Below, piece by piece: positions 30,532 through 40,981 of a stretch of DNA of 64,000 nt. Source of the DNA: a virus; the IMG/VR virus record IMGVR_UViG_3300020469_005214, positions 64,001-128,000 of that record; one strand, written 5' to 3'. Numbering within the stretch: position 1 is the stretch's first letter; each line of letters begins with the position of its first letter. Made by a program: the position numbers and the translations under genes. Below the pieces are notes generated by a model. The model was not told the origin of the DNA, searched no databases, and was given only the letters and a program-made list of their open reading frames with translations.

Positions 30532-30575
30532 AAATAAGTATTGACTTTCTCTAATTCATATGAATTATCGCAAAT

Positions 30576-31217
30576 ATGAAAATACTAATTGCTTGCGAAT
30601 CCTCTGGAGTTATTCGTGATGCCTTTCGAGCAAGGGGTCACGAAGCTTACTCTTGTGATGTTATCGATACAGGTCACAAATATCATATTTGCGATGATGT
30701 TCTAAATATTTTAGATCAAAATTGGGATATGATGATTGCTCATCCACCTTGCACTTATCTTTCGGTTAGTGGTATGCATTGGACTGCTCGTGGTTTGCGT
30801 GATCCTCAGTTGACTGAAGATGCTCTTGATTTTGTTCGAAAGCTTATGGATGCTCCAATTGCAAAAATAGTAATTGAAAATCCAGTTAGCGTCATTTCAA
30901 CACGCATTAAAAAGGCAAGTCAATATATACAGCCGTATCAGTTTGGAAAAGATAGAAGTAAAAAAACTGGGCTATGGTTGAAAAATCTACCTATTTTAGA
31001 ACCATCCGAATATGTGGAGCCAACAAGATGGGCTTGTTGTGGAAAATGGATGGAAAAAGATTCTACTTGTAATAAATGCGATAAAAAGCCCAAGCCTAGA
31101 TGGTCTAATCAAACTCAAGACGGTGCAGACAAAACTCCTCCATCTAAAGATCGTTGGAAGACTCGTTCTCAAACCGATAAAGGTATTGCAGAAGCAATGG
31201 CAAATCAATGGGGTTAG
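30576..31217 (+). CDS. short C5 cytosine DNA methyltransferase-like protein
   Basis: LIACE.SG, AHPPCTYL, IENP, FG....K.TGLW, RS.T..GIAEAMA.QWG. Confidence 0.8.
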   Translation: MKILIACESSGVIRDAFRARGHEAYSCDVIDTGHKYHICDDVLNILDQNWDMMIAHPPCTYLSVSGMHWTARGLRDPQLTEDALDFVRKLMDAPIAKIVIENPVSVISTRIKKASQYIQPYQFGKDRSKKTGLWLKNLPILEPSEYVEPTRWACCGKWMEKDSTCNKCDKKPKPRWSNQTQDGADKTPPSKDRWKTRSQTDKGIAEAMANQWG

Positions 31218-31272
31218 AAAATGCCTCATAAAAAGACTTGACTTTTAATAAATTATCAACAAAGTGGTGGAC

Positions 31273-32160
31273 ATGAAAATCTTATCTCTCTTCGATGGAA
31301 TCTCCTGTGCTCAAATTGCGCTTAACAAACTTGGCGTTAAATACGATAATTATTTCGCTAGTGAAATTTGCGAAAAAGCAATTAAAGTAACACAAGATAA
31401 TTATCCAGACACAATACAATTAGGTGATGTGACAAAATGGAAAGATTGGAAGTTGCCTAAGATTGATATAATTTGTGCGGGTTTTCCTTGCCAATCTTGG
31501 TCTAAAGCAGGATTACAAGGCGGATTTCAAGATGAGCGTGGGAAACTTGCTTATGTCCTCGCAGATATTTTCCGTCACCTAAAAAAGCAAAATCCTAATT
31601 TAATTTTCTTATTTGAAAATGTAGAGATGGGAAAAGAAAAGTTAAATGATTTAAATGAATTGTTTGGTTGTGAGGGAATTAAAATCAATTCTTCGCTATT
31701 AACTGCTCAGAAGCGTGGGCGAGTCTACTGGACAAATTTAAAAATTAATCCAGTAAAGGATCAGAGAATTCAGTTTCAAGATATTCTTGATGATGGATTG
31801 GCTGAAAAAGAAAAGGCGTATTGCGTTAAGCTTTGTCGTGGAAATGCAAGAGACTATTTTAAGAAAAAACAAACCAATATTGTCTTTTGCCCAAATAAGT
31901 ATGGTAAATATGAAGTAAAAAATAATCTTATCTCTATGACCTTTCCGAAAGGCAAAGACCCAAATGAGTTATTTACTTTTAAATGTTCTTTGCCAGATGG
32001 CAATTACGACATAAGACCTCTTAATAGAAATGAGGTCGAGAGGTTGCAGACGATCCCAGAAAATTATACTAATTCAGTAACTGTAGCCTCTGCTCATAAT
32101 TTAATGGGTAATAGTTGGACTGTTGATGTAATCTGCCATATTTTAAAAAATGTTAAATAA
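31273..32160 (+). CDS. C5 cytosine DNA methyltransferase
   Basis: LSLFDG, GFPCQ, FENV, Q.R.RVYW, ERLQT, GNSW. Confidence 0.92.
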   Translation: MKILSLFDGISCAQIALNKLGVKYDNYFASEICEKAIKVTQDNYPDTIQLGDVTKWKDWKLPKIDIICAGFPCQSWSKAGLQGGFQDERGKLAYVLADIFRHLKKQNPNLIFLFENVEMGKEKLNDLNELFGCEGIKINSSLLTAQKRGRVYWTNLKINPVKDQRIQFQDILDDGLAEKEKAYCVKLCRGNARDYFKKKQTNIVFCPNKYGKYEVKNNLISMTFPKGKDPNELFTFKCSLPDGNYDIRPLNRNEVERLQTIPENYTNSVTVASAHNLMGNSWTVDVICHILKNVK

Positions 32161-32311
32161 AATTTGGAGAGTATGGGCTAAGTCTATTGGGGAAAAGGCT
32201 TTCTCAAAAAATGGAGAAGCAGATGTTGTCGCAATCGTAAGAACTATTATATTTTTAACTTATTTAATTACTAACTTATTTATTATATCTGGCGTAATAA
32301 GGCATTGGTAA
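32150..32311 (+). CDS. small phage membrane protein (53 aa)
   Basis: Translated by hand: WRVWAKSIGEKA...AD..AIVRT...ITN.FII.GVIRHW. Confidence 0.65.
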   Translation: MLNKIWRVWAKSIGEKAFSKNGEADVVAIVRTIIFLTYLITNLFIISGVIRHW

Positions 32312-32360
32312 TAAATATTTTTCTTGACTTTTATAAACATATTATCAATATACAAAAATT

Positions 32361-32549
32361 ATGAATGAAGAATATATATTTAATAAATTAAAAAAACTCA
32401 TTGCAGATGATAAAATTAAATGTCGCGAAGCAGAAGATATTTACGAGTTATATCTTGAAGAAATAGATGATACTTCTATAGATACCGCCATAGAACGTGC
32501 AGAGTATGATATCGAAGAGGCACTTAAACTCAATTCTTGGAAAAAGTAA
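32361..32549 (+). CDS. hypothetical protein
   Basis: Follows a sigma70 promoter. Confidence 0.55.
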   Translation: MNEEYIFNKLKKLIADDKIKCREAEDIYELYLEEIDDTSIDTAIERAEYDIEEALKLNSWKK

Positions 32550-32593
32550 AAATAACTCTTGACAGTAACAAACAAAAAGAACAACATAGCCAA

Positions 32594-33154
32594 ATGAATA
32601 TCTTCGCTTTATCAACCAATCACGAAGTCGCCGCAAAATGGCACAACGACAAGCATTGCGTCAAAATGGTTACAGAAATCATGCAATGTTTATCTTGTGC
32701 TGTTATAAGACACGATACTCCAACAGAGTTATTGCCGTTAAGTAAGAAAGGTACACCAGTAAAAGGTGGTTACCATCATCATCCTAGCTCTATTTGGGCA
32801 GGAAATACTAAGGGAAATTTTGAATGGTTGTGCCATCACGGGATTTCGTTAGCCAAAGAATATACTAGACGTTATAATAAGACTCATTTTTGTGAAGGAG
32901 TTATTACTAGACTCTTTTCTTTGATTGATTATATTCCAGATGGAAATATAGAAGATTTTGCAGTTGCTATATCAGAAGACTCAGAATGTCGCAAGATAGA
33001 CAATTTTGAAGATCTTCATCCAGTAACTAAATATAGATTATATTATAAGATCGACAAGGCACACTTGGCAAACTGGAAGGCAAATAAGCCTCATTGGTAT
33101 GATTACTCAATAGAGAAAATCATCGAAACATCACAATCAATCGTTACAGTATGA
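32594..33154 (+). CDS. pyrimidine-dimer glycosylase/DenV-related phage protein
   Basis: MNIF, DKH.VKM..E..Q.L, HHP...W, EYT.RY.K.H; start moved to the ATG after the promoter at 32559. Confidence 0.7.
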   Translation: MNIFALSTNHEVAAKWHNDKHCVKMVTEIMQCLSCAVIRHDTPTELLPLSKKGTPVKGGYHHHPSSIWAGNTKGNFEWLCHHGISLAKEYTRRYNKTHFCEGVITRLFSLIDYIPDGNIEDFAVAISEDSECRKIDNFEDLHPVTKYRLYYKIDKAHLANWKANKPHWYDYSIEKIIETSQSIVTV

Positions 33155-33603
33155 ATAAGCTAACTAGACCTATTTATGCCTTTGCGGTAGTAATAATATT
33201 TATAATTTTTACCATCGTTGCAGGCTCGTTGCAGGGCGCGACAATTACAGATGTTATTTACGCTATAGAAGAAGTTGAATCTAATCGTGACCCTTACGCT
33301 ATAAATACAAAAGAAAATGCTATTGGTTGCCTGCAAATACGACCAATTATGATTGCTGACTACAATCGAATTACTGGAGAAGATTTGTCTCATAATATTG
33401 CTTACAATCGTTCTATGGCTTATATTATTGCATTTACGATCTTTAATCACTATATAAAAGGTATTGATAAACCCAACGCCAAACACTTAGCTTTTATATG
33501 GAATGGTGGTGGTGGTGCTTGGAGACGAGTGGATAATCCTAAAAACGATCAGAAGCAGAAAAACCTTGACATCTATTGGAATAAAGTCAAAATGCACTTA
33601 TGA
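33151..33603 (+). CDS. lysozyme/transglycosylase-like protein with N-terminal anchor
   Basis: AI..VES, A.GCLQI.P..I.DYNR, WNGG. Confidence 0.7.
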   Translation: MNKLTRPIYAFAVVIIFIIFTIVAGSLQGATITDVIYAIEEVESNRDPYAINTKENAIGCLQIRPIMIADYNRITGEDLSHNIAYNRSMAYIIAFTIFNHYIKGIDKPNAKHLAFIWNGGGGAWRRVDNPKNDQKQKNLDIYWNKVKMHL

Positions 33604-33806
33604 ATGAAGAAACAAAAACACCTATCGATAAAATAAGGGCTGAAGCCAAAAAAATTGAAGATGCCATTGAATATGCAGATGCTAAAGTCGCAGAAAGATT
33701 TGGCGATTCAAGATGGACTGAAACAGATGGTACAGAACATTATACAGATAGAGCGCAAGATTTATTTAATGAATACTACGACAGTTACCAAAGGTTAACA
33801 ATATAA
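33600..33806 (+). CDS. hypothetical protein
   Basis: Follows a sigma70 promoter. Confidence 0.55.
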   Translation: MNEETKTPIDKIRAEAKKIEDAIEYADAKVAERFGDSRWTETDGTEHYTDRAQDLFNEYYDSYQRLTI

Positions 33807-33818
33807 ATTATTTTTTTT

Positions 33819-33894
33819 GCATCCTTAGCTCAATCGGTAGAGCAGTTGACTTTTAATCAATTGGTTCTGGGTTCAAGTCCCAGAGGATGTACCA
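33819..33894 (+). tRNA. tRNA-Lys(UUU)
   Basis: Cloverleaf; anticodon loop CTTTTAA; GTTCAAGTCC T-arm; encoded CCA. Confidence 0.95.
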
Positions 33895-33900
33895 CATTTA

Positions 33901-33977
33901 GCCCCTATCGTCTAGTCTGGTTAGGACACCGCGTTTTCATCGCGTCAACCACGGTTCGAATCCGTGTAGGGGTGCCA
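33901..33977 (+). tRNA. tRNA-Glu(UUC)
   Basis: Cloverleaf; anticodon loop TTTTCAT; GGTTCGAATCC; encoded CCA. Confidence 0.92.
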
Positions 33978-34067
33978 TTTTTTTTAAAAAAGATGTTGAC
34001 ATCTATAAAAACACTAATATAAATGTAAAAACAGTTATAAATATAAAACACAAATGATTAAACACAA

Positions 34068-34466
34068 ATGATTAAACAAATAGACAAACAAGTATTACGC
34101 TCCCTTCGATCAGAAATCAATACAGCATTGGAGCCATTAGCTGAGAAATATGGAATTAAATTTGATGCAGGTAACGCTACATTCTCAGAATTTAATGCCA
34201 CAATCAAATTAGAAATCGCAACTTCTAAAGATGGAGATTTTGTTACCAAAGAGGGTCAAGATTTTCTTAATTATGCAGAATTGCTTGGATTATCTAAAGA
34301 TATGCTAAATAAAGAGTTTACTTATTTCGGAACTGCATACATTCTTAATGGATATTCGCCTCGCTCTTCTAAATTTCCTTTTATTGCTGAAAAGGTAGAA
34401 GATGGTCGCTCATACAAGTTACCTAAAAATGCCGTAACTGCGGAAAATTTTAAAGAAGTTGCTTAA
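34068..34466 (+). CDS. hypothetical early protein
   Basis: 132-aa ORF after a sigma70 promoter. Confidence 0.65.
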   Translation: MIKQIDKQVLRSLRSEINTALEPLAEKYGIKFDAGNATFSEFNATIKLEIATSKDGDFVTKEGQDFLNYAELLGLSKDMLNKEFTYFGTAYILNGYSPRSSKFPFIAEKVEDGRSYKLPKNAVTAENFKEVA

Positions 34467-36413
34467 TGGAAAATAAAATATACGACAAACCAATCGCGTT
34501 CGATGTAGATATGCCAGTAAAAGGAGTTAAAAGGTTTACTGTTTACGCAAGAAGCGATGAAGAAGCGGTTAAAAAAGTCGAGACACGCGCTTTTGAACCC
34601 TTTGATTCAGAGTGGTTTGAGGAACTTGATTGCGAAAAGCCTTATGTCATTGACGCTGATGAATCAAATGTTCATCCTAGACCAATTCTTTCGAGTATTG
34701 TTACAAACATAGAAAATTAATCGATATTATGCCAGATTATAAAATAACTGTAACAGAAACAGTAACTTATCAATCGATTGTTTCTATTCCAAAACAAGAT
34801 AATGATACAGATGTCGAGCAATTAATAGTTGACAACTTTTATAACAATGGTCATTATGATAATTCTAATATCTTACACTCAGAAACTTCTGATATAGAAA
34901 TCCAACAAATGAACAGATATGATAGTTAAACTAAATGATAAAGATTACGTTCGTCAAAAAATGGAGGATACATTAGACGAAGCTGATGGATTAGCGGAGC
35001 TAATTTGTGAAGGCGGAGCAGAAGGCGTATATACTCAAAAAGAATTGTTGACAATGCAGAGCGAAGCAGATACATTGTTTTCTCTTGCTAACGCTTTAGA
35101 AATGCGTTTAAAAAAACTAAATAACCAATTATAAAAATGAGCGAAATATATAAAGGACATTATACTAATCTAGCCCAACCTGCCGAAGAAGGCGTATATC
35201 GCGTAGGCGTAGTTACTACAGTAACTCGTTATATCGATATAAAAGCTCCTTCTCAAGAAGAAGCCAATGAAGAGGCAAAACGATATTATGATGAGGAAAT
35301 CCACAGTCGTGATGATTGGAAATGGGATGTCGAGGAAGAAGAAGAGTTTGATCATGTCTTTGAAGCCGATATTTAGTCTTGACTTTTATAATTTACCACT
35401 CATTATTCTAACCACTAAATAACACACACTATGAACATAACAAAAAGAGAATACGACTTAATCAGAGACGAGCTTACTGGCGGTTGTTGGAGTGCGAGTT
35501 TCGAGGATGAGTACGGAGTTGAATTAAGTCGTTCAGTTGTGAATAAGACTGAGGACGAATTAACTCAAGAATTGGAAAGCGGATGGGTTCCGCAACCAAT
35601 GACCGAACTTAAGCAGTGGGCGTTAGCAAGCTACCAGTATATATCCCAAGATGAATACAGATTACTACAGTAAATGTGACGAGATAATTGAGCAAGGTGT
35701 ATGCACCGAAGACGAGTTATCCATTGCGGTACGCTTTGGAGGCGCATCTATGGAAACCCTAGAAAATCTAATCAAGTACAAGGCACAATTAAAAGCAGAA
35801 TACAACACACTATGACACTAGAAGACACACACTTACAGGTAGACTTACCAAACGCACCTACTGACAAGCTATTGAACTACGACATAATTCTTAGAGTAAA
35901 TGACGAAGGCGATGCTTATGAAGGATTTTCTCTCTATGATTATAAAAACCAAGAAGAAATTACTTGGGTATCATTTAATAAATAAACACACTAACTATAG
36001 AGATATGCCCAAACCAACACAAACAACAGAACTAGATGATGCTCGTAGAGTATTAGGAATGCTTGATACTGTAACTGATCCAGAAGAATATAAAAAAATC
36101 TTTGGGGTTAAAGATAAAGATGTCGAAAAAATGAGGCAACTTATTGCAGAAAGAGGTAAGCCCAAAAAGAAAGTATTTGAAATAAGCGAGGAAAATGATG
36201 ATGAATAAAACAGAAGCATATATTAGAGCATCAAGATTCTACTTGTCTGAGGAACTTCCTCAAGACTTTGAGAGTTTGGATGAAGAAGAGGTAACAACAT
36301 TCATCCATGAGAACATTTGGGAACCATTTGAGCTTTGGGATTCTTATGATATTCTTGAGCTTATTGATGATTTGGCTTGTGAATTTCTTAGTGTTTCTTC
36401 TAATAAAAGTTAA
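34466..36413 (+). other. run of small, mostly acidic hypothetical ORFs (34466-34720, 34729-34929, 34919-35134, 35137-35376, 35431-35673, 35812-35985, 36005-36208, 36195-36413)
   Basis: Tightly packed + strand ORFs. Confidence 0.6.
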
Positions 36414-37430
36414 ACTAAATAATAAGAGACACTTTAAATTAAATATCTAAAGATATATTAGTAATAAAAGGAAGAATTTAATTTTAAAACCTATTCTAAG
36501 TGACTTATAATCAGCTACAAATAATCCGTCAAATAAACCAATGGTATAACTAGCTTTTTAAGGTCTAAAGCCTTGTAGAGCTTTATATACAAATATAACC
36601 TTTTACCTCAGTAAAATAGCATAATAAGATAAAATAAATAAGTAGAATATATAAAGAAATAATATATATAAATATACATAGAATAAATAAAAAAATAATA
36701 GAACTAGATAGGTATTTTTTGCTTGTAGGGGATTATCCAGTTTATATTTTTTAAATAAATGGATTTTTTTTGCAAAAACCCTATTTTTTTTTATAAATAA
36801 TGCTTTTTTTCTATATTCTGCCTATAATTATAGTATTGACATGATCAAATAAATACTTACAATTTCAAATAAAAGTTTTTTCATCCCAAATAAATGAATA
36901 AAAAAAAATAATAAAAAAAAATATTTTTAAATAAATAATATAAAAAAAGTTTTTATTTTCCCAAATAAGCGTTTTATTAATAAGGCTCTATAGTTCAAGG
37001 GATAGAACAAGACACTTCTAATGTTTAGATCTGAGTTCGAATCTCGGTGGAGCTACCAAAAAAAATAAAAGTTTTTTTTCGCGAAATAAATGTATAAATT
37101 TTTATAAAAAAAAATAAAAGTTTTTTCGGCCTAAATAAAGGCGCATATAAAAAAATAAAAAAAAAGTTTTTTTTGCCCAAATAAATGTCCATATAAAAAA
37201 ATAAAATAAAAAAAAATATTCTTGACAATGTAGCAAAATAAAAAAAATAAAATAAAAAATTTTTTTCTTGACAAGATAAAAAAAATAAAATAAAATAAAG
37301 GTTTTATCTGCCCAAATAAAGGTGCAGGCGTATATAAGAAAAAGTATACTATATAAAGTATATAAAAAAGTATTATATATAGGCGGATAATTTAATTTGT
37401 TTTTTTTTATTTTTTTTTAAAAAAAGCTTG
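36414..37430. repeat. very AT-rich non-coding region with repeated AAAG-TTTT-N8/9-AAATAA units
   Basis: Copies near 36871, 36945, 37067, 37116, 37162 and 37297. Confidence 0.7.
36984..37058 (+). tRNA. tRNA-Arg(UCU)
   Basis: Cloverleaf; anticodon loop CTTCTAA; GTTCGAATC; encoded CCA. Confidence 0.93.
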
Positions 37431-37462
37431 ACTCATGTGATCAAGTCTGCATTATTGTGGAC

Positions 37463-38179
37463 ATGATTAAACCAAAAAACATATATCCATTATCACTGGG
37501 TGCCGACGCCAAAACCGTAAAGGGTCAGCTATTAGGTTATGCTACGGGTATACTTTATCTGGCTCCCGTAAAAGAAGCAGGATTTGGCAACGTTTGCCCA
37601 AATGCTTCTGCAGGTTGCGCTTCTTCCTGCCTCTTCACAGCGGGACGGGCTAAAATGTCCAGTGTCCGTAAAGCCCGTATTGCTAAAACTCAACGCTTTT
37701 TTAAAGAAAAAGATGAATTTTTGGCTGATATTACGTCTGCTATTATAAAAATGTTTGATTATGTAAAGAAGATGGAGTACAGCTTTGCAGTCAGGCTAAA
37801 CGGCACCAGTGATTTACCGTTTGAAAAATTCGGGATTTTTGACAAGTTCGAAGATATTACTTTTTATGATTATACTAAGTCAAAAAGAAGAATGATGACT
37901 TATCTTAATGGAGACATGCCAAAAAATTATTCTCTTACTTTCTCACGCAGCGAGACAAACCATGATGATTGCATGGAAGTTCTAGAGGCAGGCGGCAACG
38001 TGGCCGTAGTATTTGCAACTAAAAAGAATAAAGATTTGCCAGATGAGTGGAAGGGATATAAAATTGTAGACGGCGATAAATCTGATTTAAGATTTTTAGA
38101 TGATAAAAACGTTATTGTTGGCTTACGTGCAAAAGGCGACGGAATTAAAGATGAAAGTGGATTTGTAGTAAAAATATAA
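37463..38179 (+). CDS. GP88-like phage protein with Cys cluster
   Basis: CP.AS.GC...CL...GR, VRLNGTSD, FYDYTK, DGD.SDLRFLD. Confidence 0.7.
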   Translation: MIKPKNIYPLSLGADAKTVKGQLLGYATGILYLAPVKEAGFGNVCPNASAGCASSCLFTAGRAKMSSVRKARIAKTQRFFKEKDEFLADITSAIIKMFDYVKKMEYSFAVRLNGTSDLPFEKFGIFDKFEDITFYDYTKSKRRMMTYLNGDMPKNYSLTFSRSETNHDDCMEVLEAGGNVAVVFATKKNKDLPDEWKGYKIVDGDKSDLRFLDDKNVIVGLRAKGDGIKDESGFVVKI

Positions 38180-39251
38180 TGGAATATATATTAGAAATAA
38201 GTGCAGGCTATCTAGATCGAGAATCTGATCGGATGTTACAATATAACGGCCTATCCTTAAAGGAATGGATCAAAGCATATTGTAAAAGAAATAAAATAGA
38301 ATTATCTACTAATTATGGGGACCTGACATTAGGATTTAAATCAGAAAATCAATTAAATTGCTTTACACGGCGCGGAAATGGGATATTTCCTTATTTCGAG
38401 TTTTTATGACATTATTAATTATTGTATTTATTCTTTTATTACTTTTCCAGGATTAAGCTTGACAAACTCAAATATATGTAAATAATAAACTCATGAAATA
38501 TAACCATATGTATGATATAGCCTTCACTATTGAATCAAATAATGAAGAAGAAGATGTTACCATAGATGAATTAATTGAAGGTGTCGAAAAAAGGCTAGTT
38601 CAATTAAAGTCTGAACGGGATATCGAAGCCTACGGGTATTGTGATTCTTTTAAAATTTCGGGATTGAGACCATCGACTCAAATTTAATCTTGACACAACC
38701 AGAATACCAAACATTATAGTAACCATGAATGCAGAAAAAATAACACAGTTCATCAAGGAAAAATGTCTCGAAATAGTCGGGGGAAAACCCAACGAGGATG
38801 GTATCCTTGTTTTAACTCCAGAGCAAAAAGAATCATACGATTCTGAAGAAAGTAAATGGGAACGCTTCCATAAGTCATGTGAATATTGGAATTGGAACTT
38901 TGGTTACGCTGGAGTAGCTAAAGAAATCATTGACAATTATCATGAATGGGAACGAGATGAGTTATATGAATTTATTAACTTTTATTTTGAAAATAAACAT
39001 TATTCTGACGAAATAAACGATATTATTGAAGTTTTTGAATAAAAATAGTTGACAATTTCAAAAAAATATTTATTATGTGTAAATAATAGTTCTCACACAA
39101 AAAAAAAATTATGGAATACGTAACAACAGCAATCAATTGGGTAAAAGCCAATAAAAAGACAGCAATCATAGGACTTGTGGTAACACTAGTCGTATTAAAC
39201 CTATTAACTGGTGCCCTTGGATGTGGTGCTGAAGTAGTAGTAGCAGACTAA
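38179..39251 (+). other. small hypothetical ORFs (38179-38409, 38406-38456 micropeptide, 38493-38687, 38725-39042, 39111-39251 membrane peptide)
   Basis: ORF track plus hand translation; several have their own sigma70 promoter. Confidence 0.55.
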
Positions 39252-39252
39252 T

Positions 39253-39495
39253 ATGGAAACTGAAATAGTAGCAAATCCAAGTTTTTGGAAAATTTTGTTG
39301 ACAAGCCCACTGACTTACATCATTTTGTTGATCATTGGTGTGACGATTTTTGAACTTAAAAAACCAAAATCGGCTCCAAAGGCGGAAATAACCCCTAAGA
39401 AGACAGTCACAAAAAAGCCTACCAAAAAATCTACTAAGAAACCTACTAAAAAAACAGTTAAAAAAGCAGTTAAAAAATCGACCAAAAAGTCGTAA
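39253..39495 (+). CDS. membrane-anchored Lys-rich (histone H1-like tail) protein
   Basis: Transmembrane segment followed by TKKP/TKKS/VKKA repeats. Confidence 0.65.
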   Translation: METEIVANPSFWKILLTSPLTYIILLIIGVTIFELKKPKSAPKAEITPKKTVTKKPTKKSTKKPTKKTVKKAVKKSTKKS

Positions 39496-39553
39496 TCGTT
39501 CTTTGCAATTTTGCAGATAATATAAAATACTATTCGCGGGGGATAACATTTTC

Positions 39554-40154
39554 GGATGCCTCGTGGGAAAGCTCAACTCAATCGAGATAGAAGCATACGC
39601 AATTATGTGATGAGGGTGTGTTAGGTTTTATATTGTAATAGCAGACTCTGACAAGCGACAGAGCGGCTCCCACCATAGAGTCTTAAATTCTCGAAAACTT
39701 GTCAGAGTCACCTGCTATTTATCTTGAATGGATGGATCATGTATAAGAAGATAATTTTATTGATTAAATTATTTAGAAGATGCGAAGTTCGTTCTCGATA
39801 AATAGTTTTATTTTGTTTGTTTGGAATAGACATAAGAAAATGTAATTTAGTGTGTTCTAGGGTATCATATGATATACATCCTAGGCGGTGAAATTTATTC
39901 TTGACAAATAACATCTTAAAGAGTAGCTTGTTTGGATTAATTAAAATCGATTAATATTAATCTTAGAGTCTTGACTTGAGGCGGTTAATAGATAATAACT
40001 CGGAAATAATGCCTTATTTTTCTGCGGAAGCTCAAAAAAAGGGCAAATAATAGGAGGTAATTACCTCGCCTGGGCTGACGAGCCTTGGAAATACAAAAAG
40101 AGAAGACGGCAGTCTGAGGGAGGCGATCAACCCCAAGAAACAAAGGAGGCATCC
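39554..40154 (+). ncRNA. candidate large (~600 nt) structured non-coding RNA
   Basis: Terminal helix GGATGCCTC/GAGGCATCC; perfect 12-bp internal helix; many hairpins; no + strand ORF of 60 aa or more. Confidence 0.65.
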
Positions 40155-40215
40155 ATTGATCACATTTTTTTAGAAAAGTCTTGACAACATTGATTAGGGG
40201 TATATGGTTGCGCCT

Positions 40216-40401
40216 ATGAAGATTACAATTACACAAAAACAACACTACGGCACCTATTACTTTTATCCTAACTGCGATAATTCGAGGTTGTTCACCAAAC
40301 TAACTGGCAGGAAAACATTAACGATTGAAGACATCAAGGTTATTAAAAACTTAGGATATGAGGTCGAAGTCGGTCAAGAGAATGTGTTAAACTTTAATTA
40401 A
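40216..40401 (+). CDS. hypothetical protein
   Basis: ATG 35 nt after TTGACA. Confidence 0.6.
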   Translation: MKITITQKQHYGTYYFYPNCDNSRLFTKLTGRKTLTIEDIKVIKNLGYEVEVGQENVLNFN

Positions 40402-40520
40402 TATTTTTGGTGTAGTCTAGGTTCCCGATAATCCTTTGTGGTGAGAAAATCGGATTTTTTTTTATTTTTTTTTAAAAAAGGCTTGACAAAAGATTTTTGG
40501 TGTGCATACTTATAAGCACC

Positions 40521-40922
40521 ATGACTAAACTATACGAAAAACTAACCAAAGAAGCTAAGAAGCTCAACGAATACAACGACTGCGCTGTAAAGGCCATAGC
40601 AATCGTTTGCAACATCAACTATAAAGAAGCTTGGAGCCTAGCCAGAAAATTTGGCAGACGTCCTCGTGGGAGAACAAACTCTCTCAATATCACCTACCCT
40701 GCAATCAAATCGAAAGGGTTCGATTGCACTCAGTTGGAGAATCATAAGATGAACAAGGCTAAGACTATCAGAAGTCTGAAGCCTTTGATTCCATCACGAG
40801 GAGTGTTCCTCATTTTTGTCAGAGGGCATATACTAGCCGTAAGAGGTGGAGAGATTCACGATTGGACAGAGGGCAGATGTCACCGAATCGAACTAATTGT
40901 AAGAGTGTCAAAAAAAGCTTGA
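40521..40922 (+). CDS. hypothetical protein, possible Cys/His papain-like fold
   Basis: NDCAVKAIA ... GHILAV..G.IHDW. Confidence 0.55.
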   Translation: MTKLYEKLTKEAKKLNEYNDCAVKAIAIVCNINYKEAWSLARKFGRRPRGRTNSLNITYPAIKSKGFDCTQLENHKMNKAKTIRSLKPLIPSRGVFLIFVRGHILAVRGGEIHDWTEGRCHRIELIVRVSKKA

Positions 40923-40981
40923 CAAACATTAGAAAGTCCACACTATGAACTACCTATTATTAACTTAACCAAAGGAAAACT

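Noticed and set aside
39554-40154. Group I/II intron or RNase P RNA
   Set aside because: The flanking ORFs are complete, unrelated genes, and I could not find GAGGAAAGUCC or intron core motifs by eye.
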